A DNA stretch of 63,624 nt, filler included, from Chiloscyllium plagiosum (lineage: Eukaryota), in NCBI RefSeq assembly GCF_004010195.1. It is 4 parts of one record of this genome, joined end to end, with 100 filler letters (N's around TTAATTAATTAA, not from the genome) between each part and the next. Parts side by side here need not be neighbours in the genome. Positions count along the whole stretch, not along the records: positions 1 to 23,041 come from NC_057712.1; positions 23,142 to 45,840 come from NC_057712.1; 2 more parts are not named here. The stretch is one strand, 5' to 3'. The notes under the pieces were generated by a model. The model was given only the letters and a program-made list of their open reading frames with translations, ran no database searches and had not been told where the DNA came from. Both the position numbers and the translations under genes were made by a program. Positions 11,946 through 23,859 of this stretch are shown here, piece after piece. Within the stretch, counting starts at the first letter, position 1, and every line of letters begins with the position of its first letter.

Positions 11946-13164
11946 TGTAATATAAGAGAGACCGTAACATAAGCAGCAAACCAAGATTACTAGACTGGAG
12001 GAAGTAGAGATATAAATCACCATCTCACACAGTGTTGAAAGAATTAAGTGAGCAGGTGTTGGATCTATTTGTGTCTGTTTAGAAGCAGTTTGGAACAGAT
12101 GTGATGAAAGAGCAACCTTTTACCCATTCATTTCAAAATCTAATAACAAAGGTTTCAGGGGTTTCAATGGTGATAGGTTTGCTCCTACAAAGCTCAACAT
12201 CCAAAATCTAGTGATCTGAAGACTGAGATCATGTTGGATTTTCCCATGTGGTCAAGTGAACCAGGGCCTAAAATTGGACAGTCTGAATTGAGCCACAGCC
12301 AGAGAAATCGGGCCTGACAAAAAATTGGCCAAACTAAATTAACCAGCAGCCAGCAGCTATTGGTTATAGAGATCAGTGGAAAGCAAGGTCAAAGAGGTCA
12401 TAAAGATTCAGGGGAACCAGTTTTAACCAGCCTGAAGGTAATGCATTGGAGAAGTACCAATCAGACTTTCTGGCACCTTGACTTCCAGCCAATGCTGAGA
12501 AGAAGCAGTTTATATCTCCCTGCATTGGCAATAGTGAAAGATGTTGATGCAACCGCATTGGATGATTTGAAGCCAATTCCTGACCCCATTGGTCAAAGGC
12601 CACAGAACATTCAGGAAGGTTCAGGTCAAGAGGGTTAAAACATACATCTGGAAATCATCCCCTTAGTGAAGACTGACAGGGAAGAAATGTGCAGAAGACC
12701 CTGCAGCAACCCAAGAAGACTCAGGCGAAGATCTGCCCTGACCTGCAAGACCCACCTTCCTGGAAGAGAGCCAGACCTACATCGGAGAGGAAGGAATTCC
12801 AATGGCCCAGCTCCAACACATTGATCATTGCGAGTAAATATCCTTTCTCAGACTGATAAAGCTAGATAGAGTAAATATTTTGGGGATTTTGGAAATGCTG
12901 ACATGGTATTTTTATTCAGAAACATTTCATCAATATAATCAAGTTTTACCACAAACCAAATTCTGTGTTTCTTTGTCTGTCGCACCAACAAGAGTGCTTG
13001 TGTAAAGTTATTTTAAAACATAAAGAGGTTGAAGTGTGCAAAGCATGGAAAACATCCAGATTTTAGATACTTGGGTCAGTGGCTGTTGATGGACACTTGG
13101 CTTGAATTGGATTGGAGGTACCAGGCTTGCATCCACCACTGTAGATAAGGGGGTAAAGCTAACT
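11946..13164 (+). mobile_element. Possible solo LTR
   Basis: Begins TGTAA, ~1.2 kb non-coding, unlike the LINE/SINE families here; no clean CA end or TSD. Confidence 0.25.
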
Positions 13165-13202
13165 AGGCCTCTGAGTCTCCAAGAATAAGTGCTTAATCAA
13201 TT

Positions 13203-13540
13203 GTGCACAGTGGATCAGTCGTTAGCACTTCTGCCTTACAGTGTAGAGACCCCGGTTCGATTCCACCCTCAGGAGACTATGTGGAGTTTGCACATTATCC
13301 CTGTGCTTACACAGGTTTCCGCTGGGTGTTCTGGTTACCTCCCACAGACCAAAGATGTGTGGGTTAGGTGGATTGACCATTGAAAATTGCCCATAGTGTC
13401 CAGGGGTGGGTGGGTTAGTCATGGGGAATGCAGGGATATGGTATGGAGGTGGGTCTGAGTAAGATGCTCTTTGAAGGGTTGGTGTGGACTTGATGGGCCA
13501 AATGACCTGCTTCCACACTGTATAGATTCTATGATTCTAG
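13203..13540 (+). mobile_element. HE1-type V-SINE (older, diverged)
   Basis: GGTTCGATTCC box B, V-domain, CR1-like ATTCTATGATTCTA tail. Confidence 0.85.
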
Positions 13541-13714
13541 TTGATTAATAAATTCAAATCTAATTGAAATGAATATCAATAGAATACTTCTAAATTTGTC
13601 TACTTTCTGCACAATGTCATTGTTTGGACAGTCAACCTATAGAATGTTCCCTCAGAAGAGATCATTTATTGCTGCAGTTGTTTTTATATTTCCCTTCAAC
13701 ATTCAGCAAGTAGG

Positions 13715-13957
13715 AATAGGCCAGACCAAGTAAGGATGGCAAATTCCTTCTCGAAAAGGCATTAACAAATCCAGCTGAGTTTTTTTCTGACAGTTGACAA
13801 TGGTTTCAGGATTATCATAGACCATTAATTCCAGATTCTTTATTGAATCCAAATTTCACCATTTGCCATAGCAGGATCAGAACCTGGGTCCACTAAGCAT
13901 TAGCTGAGTTTCTGGATGAAGAGTCTAGCATTATTACCACTGGGCCATTGTCTCCCC
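13715..13957 (-). mobile_element. tRNA-headed SINE (same family as 10935-11278), partial
   Basis: GGCCAGACCAAGTAAGGATGGC...ATTACCACTGGGCCATTGTCTCCC. Confidence 0.75.
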
Positions 13958-14054
13958 ATTGCTAAATTGAGAACAAAATTGTTCCTGCCCATTTGTTCTG
14001 CTGCCCCATTTTGTGGACGTTTGGCACCATCTATTGGTTATGAGTATACTCACA

Positions 14055-14390
14055 AACATAAAATTGAGGAACAGGAATAGGTCACTCCTTGAGTCTGCTC
14101 CATCATTCAGTAAGATCATGGCTGATCTGATTACTCCACATTCCTATCTAATCTCAATGACCTTTCAACCCATTGCTTATCATGAACATCTACCTCTACC
14201 TTAATATTCCAACTCTCTGCTTCCATTGTCTTTTGAGGAAAAGGGTTTCAAAACCCTCGGAAAATGAATCTCAATACTGCTTCCTTAAATAGGTCGCATT
14301 TTTAAACATTGGCACCTAATTCTGGATTCTCCCACAAGAGTTTAAGGTCCACATTTACCTGTGAAGCCTGCTCGTGAACTTATATGTTGT
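14055..14390 (-). mobile_element. CR1 3' fragment
   Basis: ATTCAGTAAGATCATGGCTGATCTG CR1 3' UTR motif. Confidence 0.7.
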
Positions 14391-14456
14391 ATTGCTTTGC
14401 TACTTCATGCTAACATAAATCCAGGCAATTTGTCACAGTTATTGACAGCCAGCAGG

Positions 14457-14730
14457 CTGATGAAGGGCTCTTGCCTGGACCAACAATTCTCCTGCTCCTC
14501 AGATGCTACCTGACTTGCTGTGCTTTTCAGGCGCCACTCTCTCGATGGCAGTCAGGGAAGGGCATGTGCCCGAAACGTCGAATCTTCTGTTCCCTAGATG
14601 CTGCCTGACCTGCTGTGCTGTTCCAGCAATAAAGTTTCAGCTCTTGCCTGAAACAACAATTCTCCTGCTTCTCAGATGCTACCTGACCTGCTGTGCTTTT
14701 CAGGCGCCACTCTCTCGATGGCAGTCAGGG
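14457..14730 (+). mobile_element. Tandem PLE pseudo-LTR pieces (A-B-A)
   Basis: 91-bp direct repeat (14467-14557, 14640-14730) around an 82-bp copy of another pLTR subfamily. Confidence 0.8.
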
Positions 14731-14976
14731 TTAGGCGATCTCATTGAAACACATAGAATTCTTAAGAAGCTTGACAGTGTAAATGCAGTGAAGATGTTCC
14801 CCCTCACAGGAGAGTCTAGGACTAGAGGACATAGTCTCAAAATTAAGGGGCGCCAATTTATGGCTGAGATGAGAAGGAATTTCTTCTTAGAGAACTATAA
14901 GCCTTTGGAACTCCTTGCCGCAGAGAGCTGTGTTGGCAGAGTCCATGTGCATATTTAAGGCTGAGATAAATGGATT
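14731..14976 (+). mobile_element. CR1 3' fragment split by L1 (resumes 21607 to ~21760)
   Basis: GDLIETHRILK...SRTRGHSLKIKG; CR1 3' UTR continues after the L1 TSD. Confidence 0.85.
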
Positions 14977-17244
14977 GCTTTTTGTAAGTATATTTGTTAG
15001 CAAATTTTTTTAACCTTACGAACACAACATTATTGAAAAAAATACAATCAATAACAAATATCAGAATAATAAAAAGAAAAAAATTACAATACAACTACTG
15101 TCTACTAACTACTAACCTACCCTATAATACAAAACAAACTCTAACTCTGTGCAAAGCAACACCAATAGATAAGTAAATAACTAATAGACCGAAAAACAAA
15201 AAAAGCACAAATACAGAACAGCTATGCTCAGCGCAAAGCTCCCAAACAAAGGAATGGGAGCATTGTATACATGCCTGTATTAACTCAGGAGACACCCTCC
15301 AGGGCCCAGGGCTTGACAAACCTAACCATCCTGGTTAAACAAACACCCTAGTTAAGATAACTGACAAATCTATATCCAAATAACTCAAGTAGGGCTGCCA
15401 TGTCTTGTAAAAATGGTCTGTTGTGTGGTGTACCATGTTTGTAAAAAAGTCCAAGGGAATGTGCTCCATCATTAATTTCTGCAATCCCAGCAAGCCTGGC
15501 AGGTTCTCAGACACCCAGTTCACCAGAGTATTCTTCCATGCACATTATGCAAGAATATTAAATAGTTTCTTCCCATGCCCGTCTAAAGATGGTACATTTG
15601 GTAGACCTACGAGGAGAGATATCGGGTCTACTTTGACTTCAGTCCTCAATACCCTCCCTGTCTCTCCCGCCACAGCGCTCCAATAAACACGGAGCCTGTG
15701 GCATGTCCAGAAGCAATGGGTAAGAGTACCTACACTTATTTTACATTTGGGGCATGCTGAAGATGCCCCTTTTTTAAACTTCGCCAGAGGGTCTGGTGCC
15801 AGATGAGCCCTGTGCAGAACATTTAACTGCATAGCTCATGTCCTATTACAGATTGAGATCTTTCGAGCATTCTCCCATATGTTCTCCCATGTTTCAAAGG
15901 AGATCTCCACTCCTAGCTCTTGCTCCCAGACCTCACATAACTGGTTAATATCCTGCCAGGCCCTGCCACCCAGCAGGCGATAGAGGGCACTAACCGAAAA
16001 GGTGCTTGTGGAACGTAGCAACAACCTCTCTGTATTGGGCTTATAGGGCTTAGTTAGAAGTGTAGTCTTCTTCTGGATGAAGTCCCTAACCTGAAAAAAA
16101 TGGAAAAAGATCTCTGCTGGGCTACCCATATTTGCAGCTCAGTTGCTCAAAAGACATCATAACCTCCCCCTCAAATAAGTCTTCCAAACTAGAAACCCCT
16201 CTCGCTGCCCATAGTTTGAACCCTGAGTCCATCATCCCTGGTCAGAACCCTGGCATGCCAACTATAGGTGTAAGTGGTGAAGTCTTGGATAGGCAACCCT
16301 CACTCTGACATATTGCCCTCCATGCCTTGACTGTACTAATGAGGTTCTGGCAGTGGTCCATAACTGTCCTCATCTTATCCATGAACAACAGGTTAATAAG
16401 AGGGCACTTTGCCTGAGAGGCCTCAATATCCAGCCATATTGAGTTTGGATCATTACCTACCCAATCACAGATACAGGACAGCAGGGAACTCAATTGATAC
16501 CTCCTGATGTCTGGGAAATCAACTCCTCCCCTTCCTTGAGGCAACTGCAATTTAATAAGTTTGATGAGGGGCTGCCCACGATGTCAAACAAAGGAACCAA
16601 ACCGTCCCATAAGCTTCCGCAGCGTTGACCTGGGAAACATTATAGAGAGCATATGCATGGGATAAAGCAAATGGGGAAGAACATTCATCTTAGTAAGAAA
16701 TATTCGGCCCAGCCATGAAATTGGAAGAGCCTCCCATCTCTGGAGATCTAGCCTAATATTATCGAGCAAATGAGCAAAGTTAGTCTGAAATAACAGATCA
16801 AACTTGGGGGTAATAAAAATGCTTCGGTATTGGAACTCTGCCCGTGACCACTTAAAAGGGAATTTGGGGCCACCTTCAACTTCTGGCACATCCTTAAGGT
16901 TCCCCAAAGGCATAGCCTCCGATTTTGCAAAGTTGATCTTATATCCTGAAATAGCTCCAAATGAATTGATATATTGTATCAAATGGGGTATGGAGGTCCT
17001 CGGGTTTGATAAAAACAGAAGGACATCACTCGCATACAATGTAATCTTGTGTGCCCTCGATCCCACTTCCGGAGCGGTTATGTGGACGTTCTGACGAATG
17101 GCGTCTGCCAGCGGCTCGATCACCAACGTAAACAACAATGGTGAGAGGGGGCAGACTTGCCGACTACCCCTACCAATCCTAAAATTCCCAGACTTCACCC
17201 CGTTGGTGATGACCACGGCCAGAGGGTAGCAATATAAAATCTCC

Positions 17245-17671
17245 TGGTGTGAATCTGAGAGGTGTTCTGAGGCGGAAGATGAGGCGTTCTTCCTCCAGGC
17301 GTCTGGTGGTGAGGGAGCATCAATGTGGACTTCAACAGTTTCCTCATTTCCCCTTCCCCCACCTCACCCTAGTTCTAAACTTCCAGCTCAGCACCGTCCC
17401 CATGACTTGTCCGGACTTGTCCTCAAAATGGCTGCCTATCTCCTTTTCCACCTATCCACTCCACCCTCTCCTCCCTGACCTATCCCCTCCCCCACTCACC
17501 TATTGTACTCTATGCTACTTTCTCCCCACCCCCACCCTCCTCAAGCTTATCTCTCCACCCTTCAGGCTCTCTGCCTTTATTCCTGATGAAGGGCTTTTGC
17601 CCAAAACGTCGATTTCGCTGCTCCTTGGATGCTGCCTGAACTGCTGTGCTCTTCCAGCACCACTAATCCAG
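17245..17671 (+). mobile_element. PLE 3' end/pseudo-LTR inserted into L1 RT
   Basis: TSD AATATAAAAT(C/T)TCC (17231-17244, 17672-17685); CTGATGA at 17583; short inverted 5' piece. Confidence 0.85.
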
Positions 17672-19011
17672 AATATAAAATTTCCACTTACCTAGCAAAG
17701 ACTCCACCCAACCCAAACTGTTCTCAGACATAAAAAAGATACGGCCATTCCACCCTGTCAAATGCTTTCTCTGCAACTAACCAACCCCTAAATCAATCGT
17801 TGCTGACAAACTTGGACTATATTCAGCAATCTTATAATATCATTAGAGGACTTACGGTCCCTTATAAAGCCTGTCTGTTCCTTTTTAACAATATAGGGCA
17901 ACACCTTTTCCAATCTCAGCGCCAGGACCTTGGACAGAATCTTGAAATCTGAATTTAATAGAGCGATGGGCCTGTACGAGGCACAATCCTCAGGAAGCTT
18001 CCGCTTCTTAAGAATTAAGGAAATATTAGCTTCTCTCAAAGATGGTGGTAGGCATTCATGCATATAGGAGTGATTGTACATCTCCAACATCGGCCCTGAC
18101 AGAATCCCTATAAACTCCTTATAAAACTCACCCAGAAGACCATCTGGGCCAGGTGCTTTCCCACTCTGAAGTTGCTTAGTTGCCTCCTGTATTTCCTGAA
18201 CTGTCAATGGGGCATTAAGGAGAGAGGCCTGTTCCAAGGTTATCCCTGGGAGGTCCAAATTCTTAACAAAGGCCTCCATTTTAGCTCTTCTGTCCCCACA
18301 ACTTTCAGACTGATACAATTCAACGTAAAATCTCTGAAAAGCCTCATTAATCTTATTAGCATCGTATGTAAGGACCCTGGCACTGTGTCTGATTGTAGTA
18401 ATGGATTGGGGAGCACGCTTTTTCCTAGTCAGGTACACTAAATACTTCCCTGGCTTATCCCCATATTTGAACAGCCTTTGTCTAGCAAAAGCAAGTTCTT
18501 TCTTTGTGTTTTGTGTCAGTATTGAATTCAAGGCAGCCTGGAGGGCCATGATCCACTGTAGCTTAGTCACTGAAGGCCACACAAAATGTGCCACCTCGGC
18601 GACTTTCAACTGCATCTCAAGTAGACGCTGCTGTTCCTCCTTCTGTCAGTTCTGGCTAGCCGAATAGAAAATAGCTAATCCCATAGGAAAGACCTTAGTG
18701 GTCTCCCATAGCATAGACAGACTACTAGCCGTGCCTGAGTTAATAGTCAAGAATTACTGAAACTCCTTCAAAAGGTATTCCACAAATTTGGAATCTTTAA
18801 GGAGAAAAGGGTCCAAACGCCAGTGCCACAAACCTAGCCCCTCACTGTTGGCCTTAACTTCCAAAAATACTGCGGCATGATCAGAGATAGCTATATTCCC
18901 AATTTTACAACCCATAATCGAATCCAGGAGGTCTGAGGGAGCCAGGAAAAGATCAAACCTCGTGTGACATTTGTTTGGGTTTGAAGAAAAAGTGAAGTCC
19001 CTGCCGGTAGG

Positions 19012-19137
19012 GTGAATCTCCAAATATCCACCAGCCCCAACTCCTCGCATAAGTCAACCTCCTGCTTGGCCTGCGTGAATCTCCAAATATCCACCAGCCC
19101 CAACTCCTCGCATAAGTCAACCACCTGCTTGGCTTGC
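19012..19137. repeat. 63-bp tandem duplication in the L1 endonuclease region
   Basis: QAKQ(V/E)VDLCEELGLVDIWRFT occurs twice. Confidence 0.9.
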
Positions 19138-19888
19138 AAAGAAATAGTTGGGGTCCCACAAGGCATCCTGTCCACTGTCGGATCCAAAAGACAATTAAAA
19201 TCCCACCTATAATAATGTGCCGGGTTCCAAAGGCACTCAACTTAGAGAAAGCACTAATCAAAAATTTGAGGGGATGCGCCGAAGCACAGCAGACATTTAA
19301 AATGCCATATTCCTCCCCATGTATTAGGGCTTTAAGTATCACAAACCGTCCCTGCTCATCTTTCACCTGTTCTAATAATGTGAACGGAAGATTTTTTTGG
19401 ATAAGTATTGCCACTCCCCTACTTTTAGTAGTAAAGGATGAAAAGAATATAACCCTCCCTGTTGTAATTTAAGGCGTTCCCCATCATCAAGATGGGTTTC
19501 CTGCAACAAAGCAATATCAACCCTTTCCCTCCTAAGGCTAGAAAGCACATTTTTTCCTTTTAACGGGCAAATGACTTCCCTTGATGTTCCAGGTACACCA
19601 TTTAATAAGACACTTAGCCATATCCCCTTTCAGAGTCCCTTGAACCCCCGGGAGGGAGAATCTTGCTTAAAAAATGCCAAGCATAAGTAAAGAATTATAT
19701 ATACAAAAACTACTCCATCATAACTATAAACAACTATTACTACCAAAAAAACTAAAAGAAAACCAACCATAAAACCTTGAATGGAAGACTCTTGCCCCAG
19801 CCCATAGGGGGCACTCACCCTACCCATCCCCTCCTTCACAGCTCCTTCAAATAATGCGACTGCACCTGATGCAGCTTGTCCTTCTGAA

Positions 19889-20203
19889 GGGGCGGCATGG
19901 TGGCTCAGTGGTTAGCACTGCTGCCTCACAGCACCAGGGTCCCAGCTTCGATTCCAGCCCCGGGCGACTGTCTGCGTGGAGTTTGCACATTCTCCCTGTG
20001 TCTGCGTGGGATTCCTCCGGGTGCTCCGGTTTCCTCCCACAATCCAAAGATGTGCAGGCCAGGTGAATTGGCCATGCTAAATTGCCCATAGTGCTAGGTG
20101 CATTAGTCAGAGGGAAATGGGTCTGGGTGGGTTACTCTTCGGAGGTTCGGTGTGGACTGGTTGGGCTGAAGGACCTGTTTCCACACTGCAGGGAATCTAA
20201 TCT
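19889..20203 (+). mobile_element. HE1-type V-SINE in the L1 inter-ORF spacer
   Basis: TGGCTCAGTGG box A, TTCGATTCC box B, V-domain, (AATCT)n tail. Confidence 0.92.
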
Positions 20204-20569
20204 AAACAAAACCCGGACTGTGCCCAGCCTTAGGCCAGAAATAAAAAACAAGGAGATGATCCTTAAATCAACAGGAAAAAGACAAAGTCAGGATGAGCAC
20301 TCCACCCATCCCTGGCTTCATGTCACCCCTAGTTGTTACTAAAAGAGAAACAGAACAAACAAAAAAAGGGTAGACAACAAAGAATATCAACAAAATTTCC
20401 CATCAGAAAATCCAGTTATTAAAAAAAAAGGAACAACTTATTCCAAGTATTTCTCCCCCCTTTCCAAAAAAGAAATTATTCAGGAGAAAGAAAGGAATAA
20501 AAAAGGAAGGGAAAACATGGGGAAAGAAGGAAAAGAGAACAAACATTAACTGTATTCTTCAGGCCAGTC

Positions 20570-21440
20570 CATCTATTTTTAAAGTGTCTACAAAGTTTTT
20601 AGCTTTATCTGCTGAGTCAAATGTATAAACTGAGTCCTCATGGTTGAAACGGAGTACTGCGGGATATCTCATGGAGTACTCGATGCTCAGGTTCCTCAGT
20701 TTCTTTTTAACTTCACCGAAGGAATTCCTCTTTCAAAATACAGCTGCAGAGAAATCCTGGAAAAACATGATTTTTGACCCCTTGTACAGCAGTGCCTGCA
20801 GATCTTTTCCCAGGGATCTGGAAGCTTCTATCACTTTTTGCTTGCCCTTAAATGAGTGGAAGTGAACTAGGACCAGGCGGGGGCATTACACTGGGCCTGA
20901 CCTGTGCACAGTAACCCGATAAGCCCTTTCAATCTGCAGCCTGCTGGACTCGATGTGAAGGCCCAAAATCTTCAATAGCCAGCTTTCAAAGAAGTTGACT
21001 GGCTGCTCACCTTCCTCACCTTCAGGGAGCCCGACAAAACAGAGATTTATCCTCCGACCTTGATTTTCGAGGTCGTCGATATGGTCTCGCAAGGCCCACA
21101 CCTCTCGCTCCAGCAGCTGGATCCGACTGGATGAGGACTCCATCGCAGCTTCCGAGGCCTTAGTTTGACCCTCCACCTCCTCCAGCTGCTCCCTGAGGCC
21201 CTGGATCTCTTGCTTATGCTTCTGCAGCATGGATGCGGATAGGTTGGACCTGGGCACGAATCTCCCTATGGATCTCCTCAATCGCAGCCCCAAGTTTCAA
21301 GGCTGCAGCCAATTCCTGTGCGTCTGTCAGGTCCCCGGGGGTGGTTCAGGAGAGGCTGTTGCTGCTGCAGTCTCTGGTGTGGTAGGTGCTGCAGGGAAGT
21401 GTCCTCCCTGCTGTTTGCTCGCTCCTTTTCCCTTTGGCAT
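20570..21440 (-). pseudogene. L1 ORF1, disrupted (end approximate)
   Basis: MPKGKGASKQ start, coiled coil, DDLENQGRRINLCFVGLPEGEE and IERAYR motifs. Confidence 0.88.
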
Positions 21441-21584
21441 CCTTCCCACTCCCAAATATTAACAAATATGTGTTCTGTAAGGTTTTAAACTAATAATTCC
21501 ACCACATAAGTTGGCCAAGGATGGCAAATACACCAGTATGCTTTGGCTGTTAGACAGAGCTGTTCTCAGCAGTTCTACAGAATC

Positions 21585-21596
21585 GCCGCCATCTTG
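21585..21596 (-). promoter_or_regulatory. YY1-type site of the L1 internal promoter
   Basis: CAAGATGGCGGC at about +11 from the L1 5' end. Confidence 0.7.
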
Positions 21597-22394
21597 CCGA
21601 GTTCCCAGATAAATGGATTTTTGATCATTAGGGGAATCTAGGGTTACGGAGAAGGGCAAAAGAGTGCACATGACATGTGTTGGATCAGCCATGATCCTAT
21701 TCAATGGTAGAGGAGGCTCAAGGGGCCAATTAACTTTCTCCTGTTCCTATGTCTTATGGCCATGTAGTCATATGGGTGACATGTGGCACACTGCTACATC
21801 AATCCCACGTCTGTTCCATGTACCAGTCTCATATATGGAAAACATACAGTATATGGTTCAAGTAAATAGCTGTGTCTCAAAGTCTCCGGGTAGTAATCTT
21901 TACGGATGTCCAGGGAAGTCAGTCAGGAGTTTCTGGCACAGTGAGTAATGGAGAGCCTCTGATATCAGTCCAGAGACTTGTGCATGAGATTTGTACCTGT
22001 GCATTGACAGAAAGAACAGTTCAGCATGGCATAGTGATTGACAGGTGATGTACTGCAGTATGCTTTGTATTTATCTACATTGTACTCTGATTACTACAGC
22101 TCAAACATTCAGTTTTGGAGTCCATTGTCTAGGAAGAAAAGTAATTCCTTCCAAAAAAATCTTGTGTTTTAAATGGAACTGACTTGGGGCAAATGGAAAT
22201 TATAATGAATTCTTTGGGAATTCAGCATCAGTTAAAAGTAAAGTCAGCTCAGAGGATGCACTATTTTGAGTATGTGTTTTAATTGTCATGTACATCTGGG
22301 TCTCCTCATCCAGTTGCAATAGTAGGGAGGTGTGGTTCATATTCAGCTTCAGCCCACGCTCCACCAACTTTGCATACAAGTCTTCTATGCCCCA

Positions 22395-22690
22395 GAGAGC
22401 AAAGGAATCGGCAAACCAGTACAGTTAGTGGAATGGGCAGCACCAGTTGTATTGATTGTGAGGCCTGACAGCTCAGATTGCCTTTTGTAGGGATTTTAAG
22501 CAAGTGGTAAACTACATCTTGCAGCTGTATAAATTCCCAATCCTTCACATGGCATATTTGTATTCAACGTTGGTGGGGGAATGGGGGGGGGGGTGATGGT
22601 GGTGCGCTGAAGCTGAATATGAACCATGCCTCCCTACAATTGCAACTGGATGAGGAGTCGCAGATGTACATGACAATTAAAACACATACT
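22395..22690 (+). mobile_element. Gypsy RT fragment (inverted relative to gag-pro)
   Basis: EWAAPVV, DFKQVVN, KLNMNHASLQLQLDEESQMYMTIKTH match Gypsy RT motifs. Confidence 0.85.
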
Positions 22691-22916
22691 CAAAATAGTG
22701 CATCCTCTGAGCTGATTTTACTTTTAACTGATGTTGAATTCCCAAGGATTCATTATAATTTCCATTTGCCCAAAATCAGTCCTGTTTAAAACACAAGGTA
22801 TTTTCTTCCCAGACAATGGACTCCAAAACTGAATGTTTGAGCTGATGTAATCAGAGTACAATGTGGATAAATACAAAGCAGACAGTAATACGTCACCTGT
22901 CAATCACTATGCTATG

Positions 22917-23743
22917 AGGAGAAAGTGAGGTCTGCAGATGCTGGAGATCAGAGCTGAAAATGTGTTGCTGGAAAAGCGCAGCAGGTCAGGCAGCATCCAG
23001 GGAACAGGACAATCGACGTTTCGGGCATAAGCCCTTCTTCANNNNNNNNNNNNNNNNNNNNNNNNNNNNNNNNNNNNNNNNNNNNTTAATTAATTAANNN
23101 NNNNNNNNNNNNNNNNNNNNNNNNNNNNNNNNNNNNNNNNNGAGGAAAAGGTGGGGGGTGGTGCCAGTGTAGTTGCGGAAGATGGATTGTTCCACATATC
23201 CTACGAAGGGGCAGGCATAGCTGGGGCCCATGCGGGTGCCCATGGCTACTCCTTTCGTTTGGAGGAAGTGGGAGGATTGGAAGGAGAAGTTGTTCAGGGT
23301 GAGGACCAGTTCAGTCAGTCGAAGGAGGGTGTCTGTGGAAGGGTACTGGTCGGTACGGCGGGAAAGAAAGAAGTGGAGGGCTTTGAGTCCTTCGTGATGG
23401 TGGATGGAGGTGTACAGGGACTGGATGTCCATGGTGAAAATAAGGCGTTGGGGACCGGGGAAGGGAAAATCATGGAGCAGGTGGAGGGCATGGGTGGTGT
23501 CCCGAACGTAGGTGGGGAGTTCTTGGACTAAGGGGGACAGGACGGTGTCAAGGTACGCAGAGATGAGTTCGGTGGGGTAGGAGCAGGCGGAGACAATGGG
23601 TCGGCCGGGGGAGTCAGGTTTGTGGATTTTGGGCAGGAGGTAGAAGCGGGAGGTGCGGGGTTGTGGGACTATGAGGTTGGAGGCGGTGGATGTCCTTCGT
23701 GATGGGGGATGGAGGTGTACAGGGACTTCCTTCGTGATGGGGG
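22917..23743 (-). mobile_element. 5'-truncated Penelope-like element (RT plus pseudo-LTR) with internal gap
   Basis: MDIQSLYTSI...LNNFSF...GVAMGTRMGPSYA PLE RT; pLTR with hammerhead core 22917-23041; TSD ATGCTATG (22909-22916, 23744-23751). Confidence 0.92.
23042..23141. other. Assembly gap with TTAATTAATTAA linker
   Basis: 44 N + 12-mer + 44 N. Confidence 0.97.
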
Positions 23744-23859
23744 ATGCTATGCTCAGTTGTTGTTTCTGTCAATGTATAGGTACAAATCGCCTCACTGTGA
23801 CTGCCCAAATACATGCCCAACTGTGCACAAGTCTCTGGACTAATACCAGAGGCTCTTTT

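Larger units (their letters stand above)
15335..19621 (-). pseudogene. L1 ORF2 (APE-RT-CCHC), frameshifted
   Basis: MAKCLIKWCTWNIKG, ISDHAAV, GKAPGPDG, YRPIALLNSDFKIL, RGSRQVCPLSPLLF, LYASD (YADD mutated), CPKC...HCFWTC. Confidence 0.93.
14977..21606 (-). mobile_element. TSD-bounded, near full-length, inactivated L1-clade LINE
   Basis: 13-bp TSD AGATAAATGGATT (14964-14976, 21607-21619); 5' GGGAACTCGGCAAGATGGCGG; ORF1, spacer, ORF2, 3' UTR in order. Confidence 0.95.
21952..23856. repeat. ~440-bp diverged inverted duplication (left 21952-22390; right ~22548-22916 plus 23744-23856)
   Basis: Long reverse-complement match; right arm split by a Penelope insertion. Confidence 0.9.

Noticed and set aside
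23086..23097. TTAATTAATTAA centred in three 100-bp N runs
   Set aside because: Artificial six-frame-stop scaffolding linker; ORFs containing X runs are artefacts
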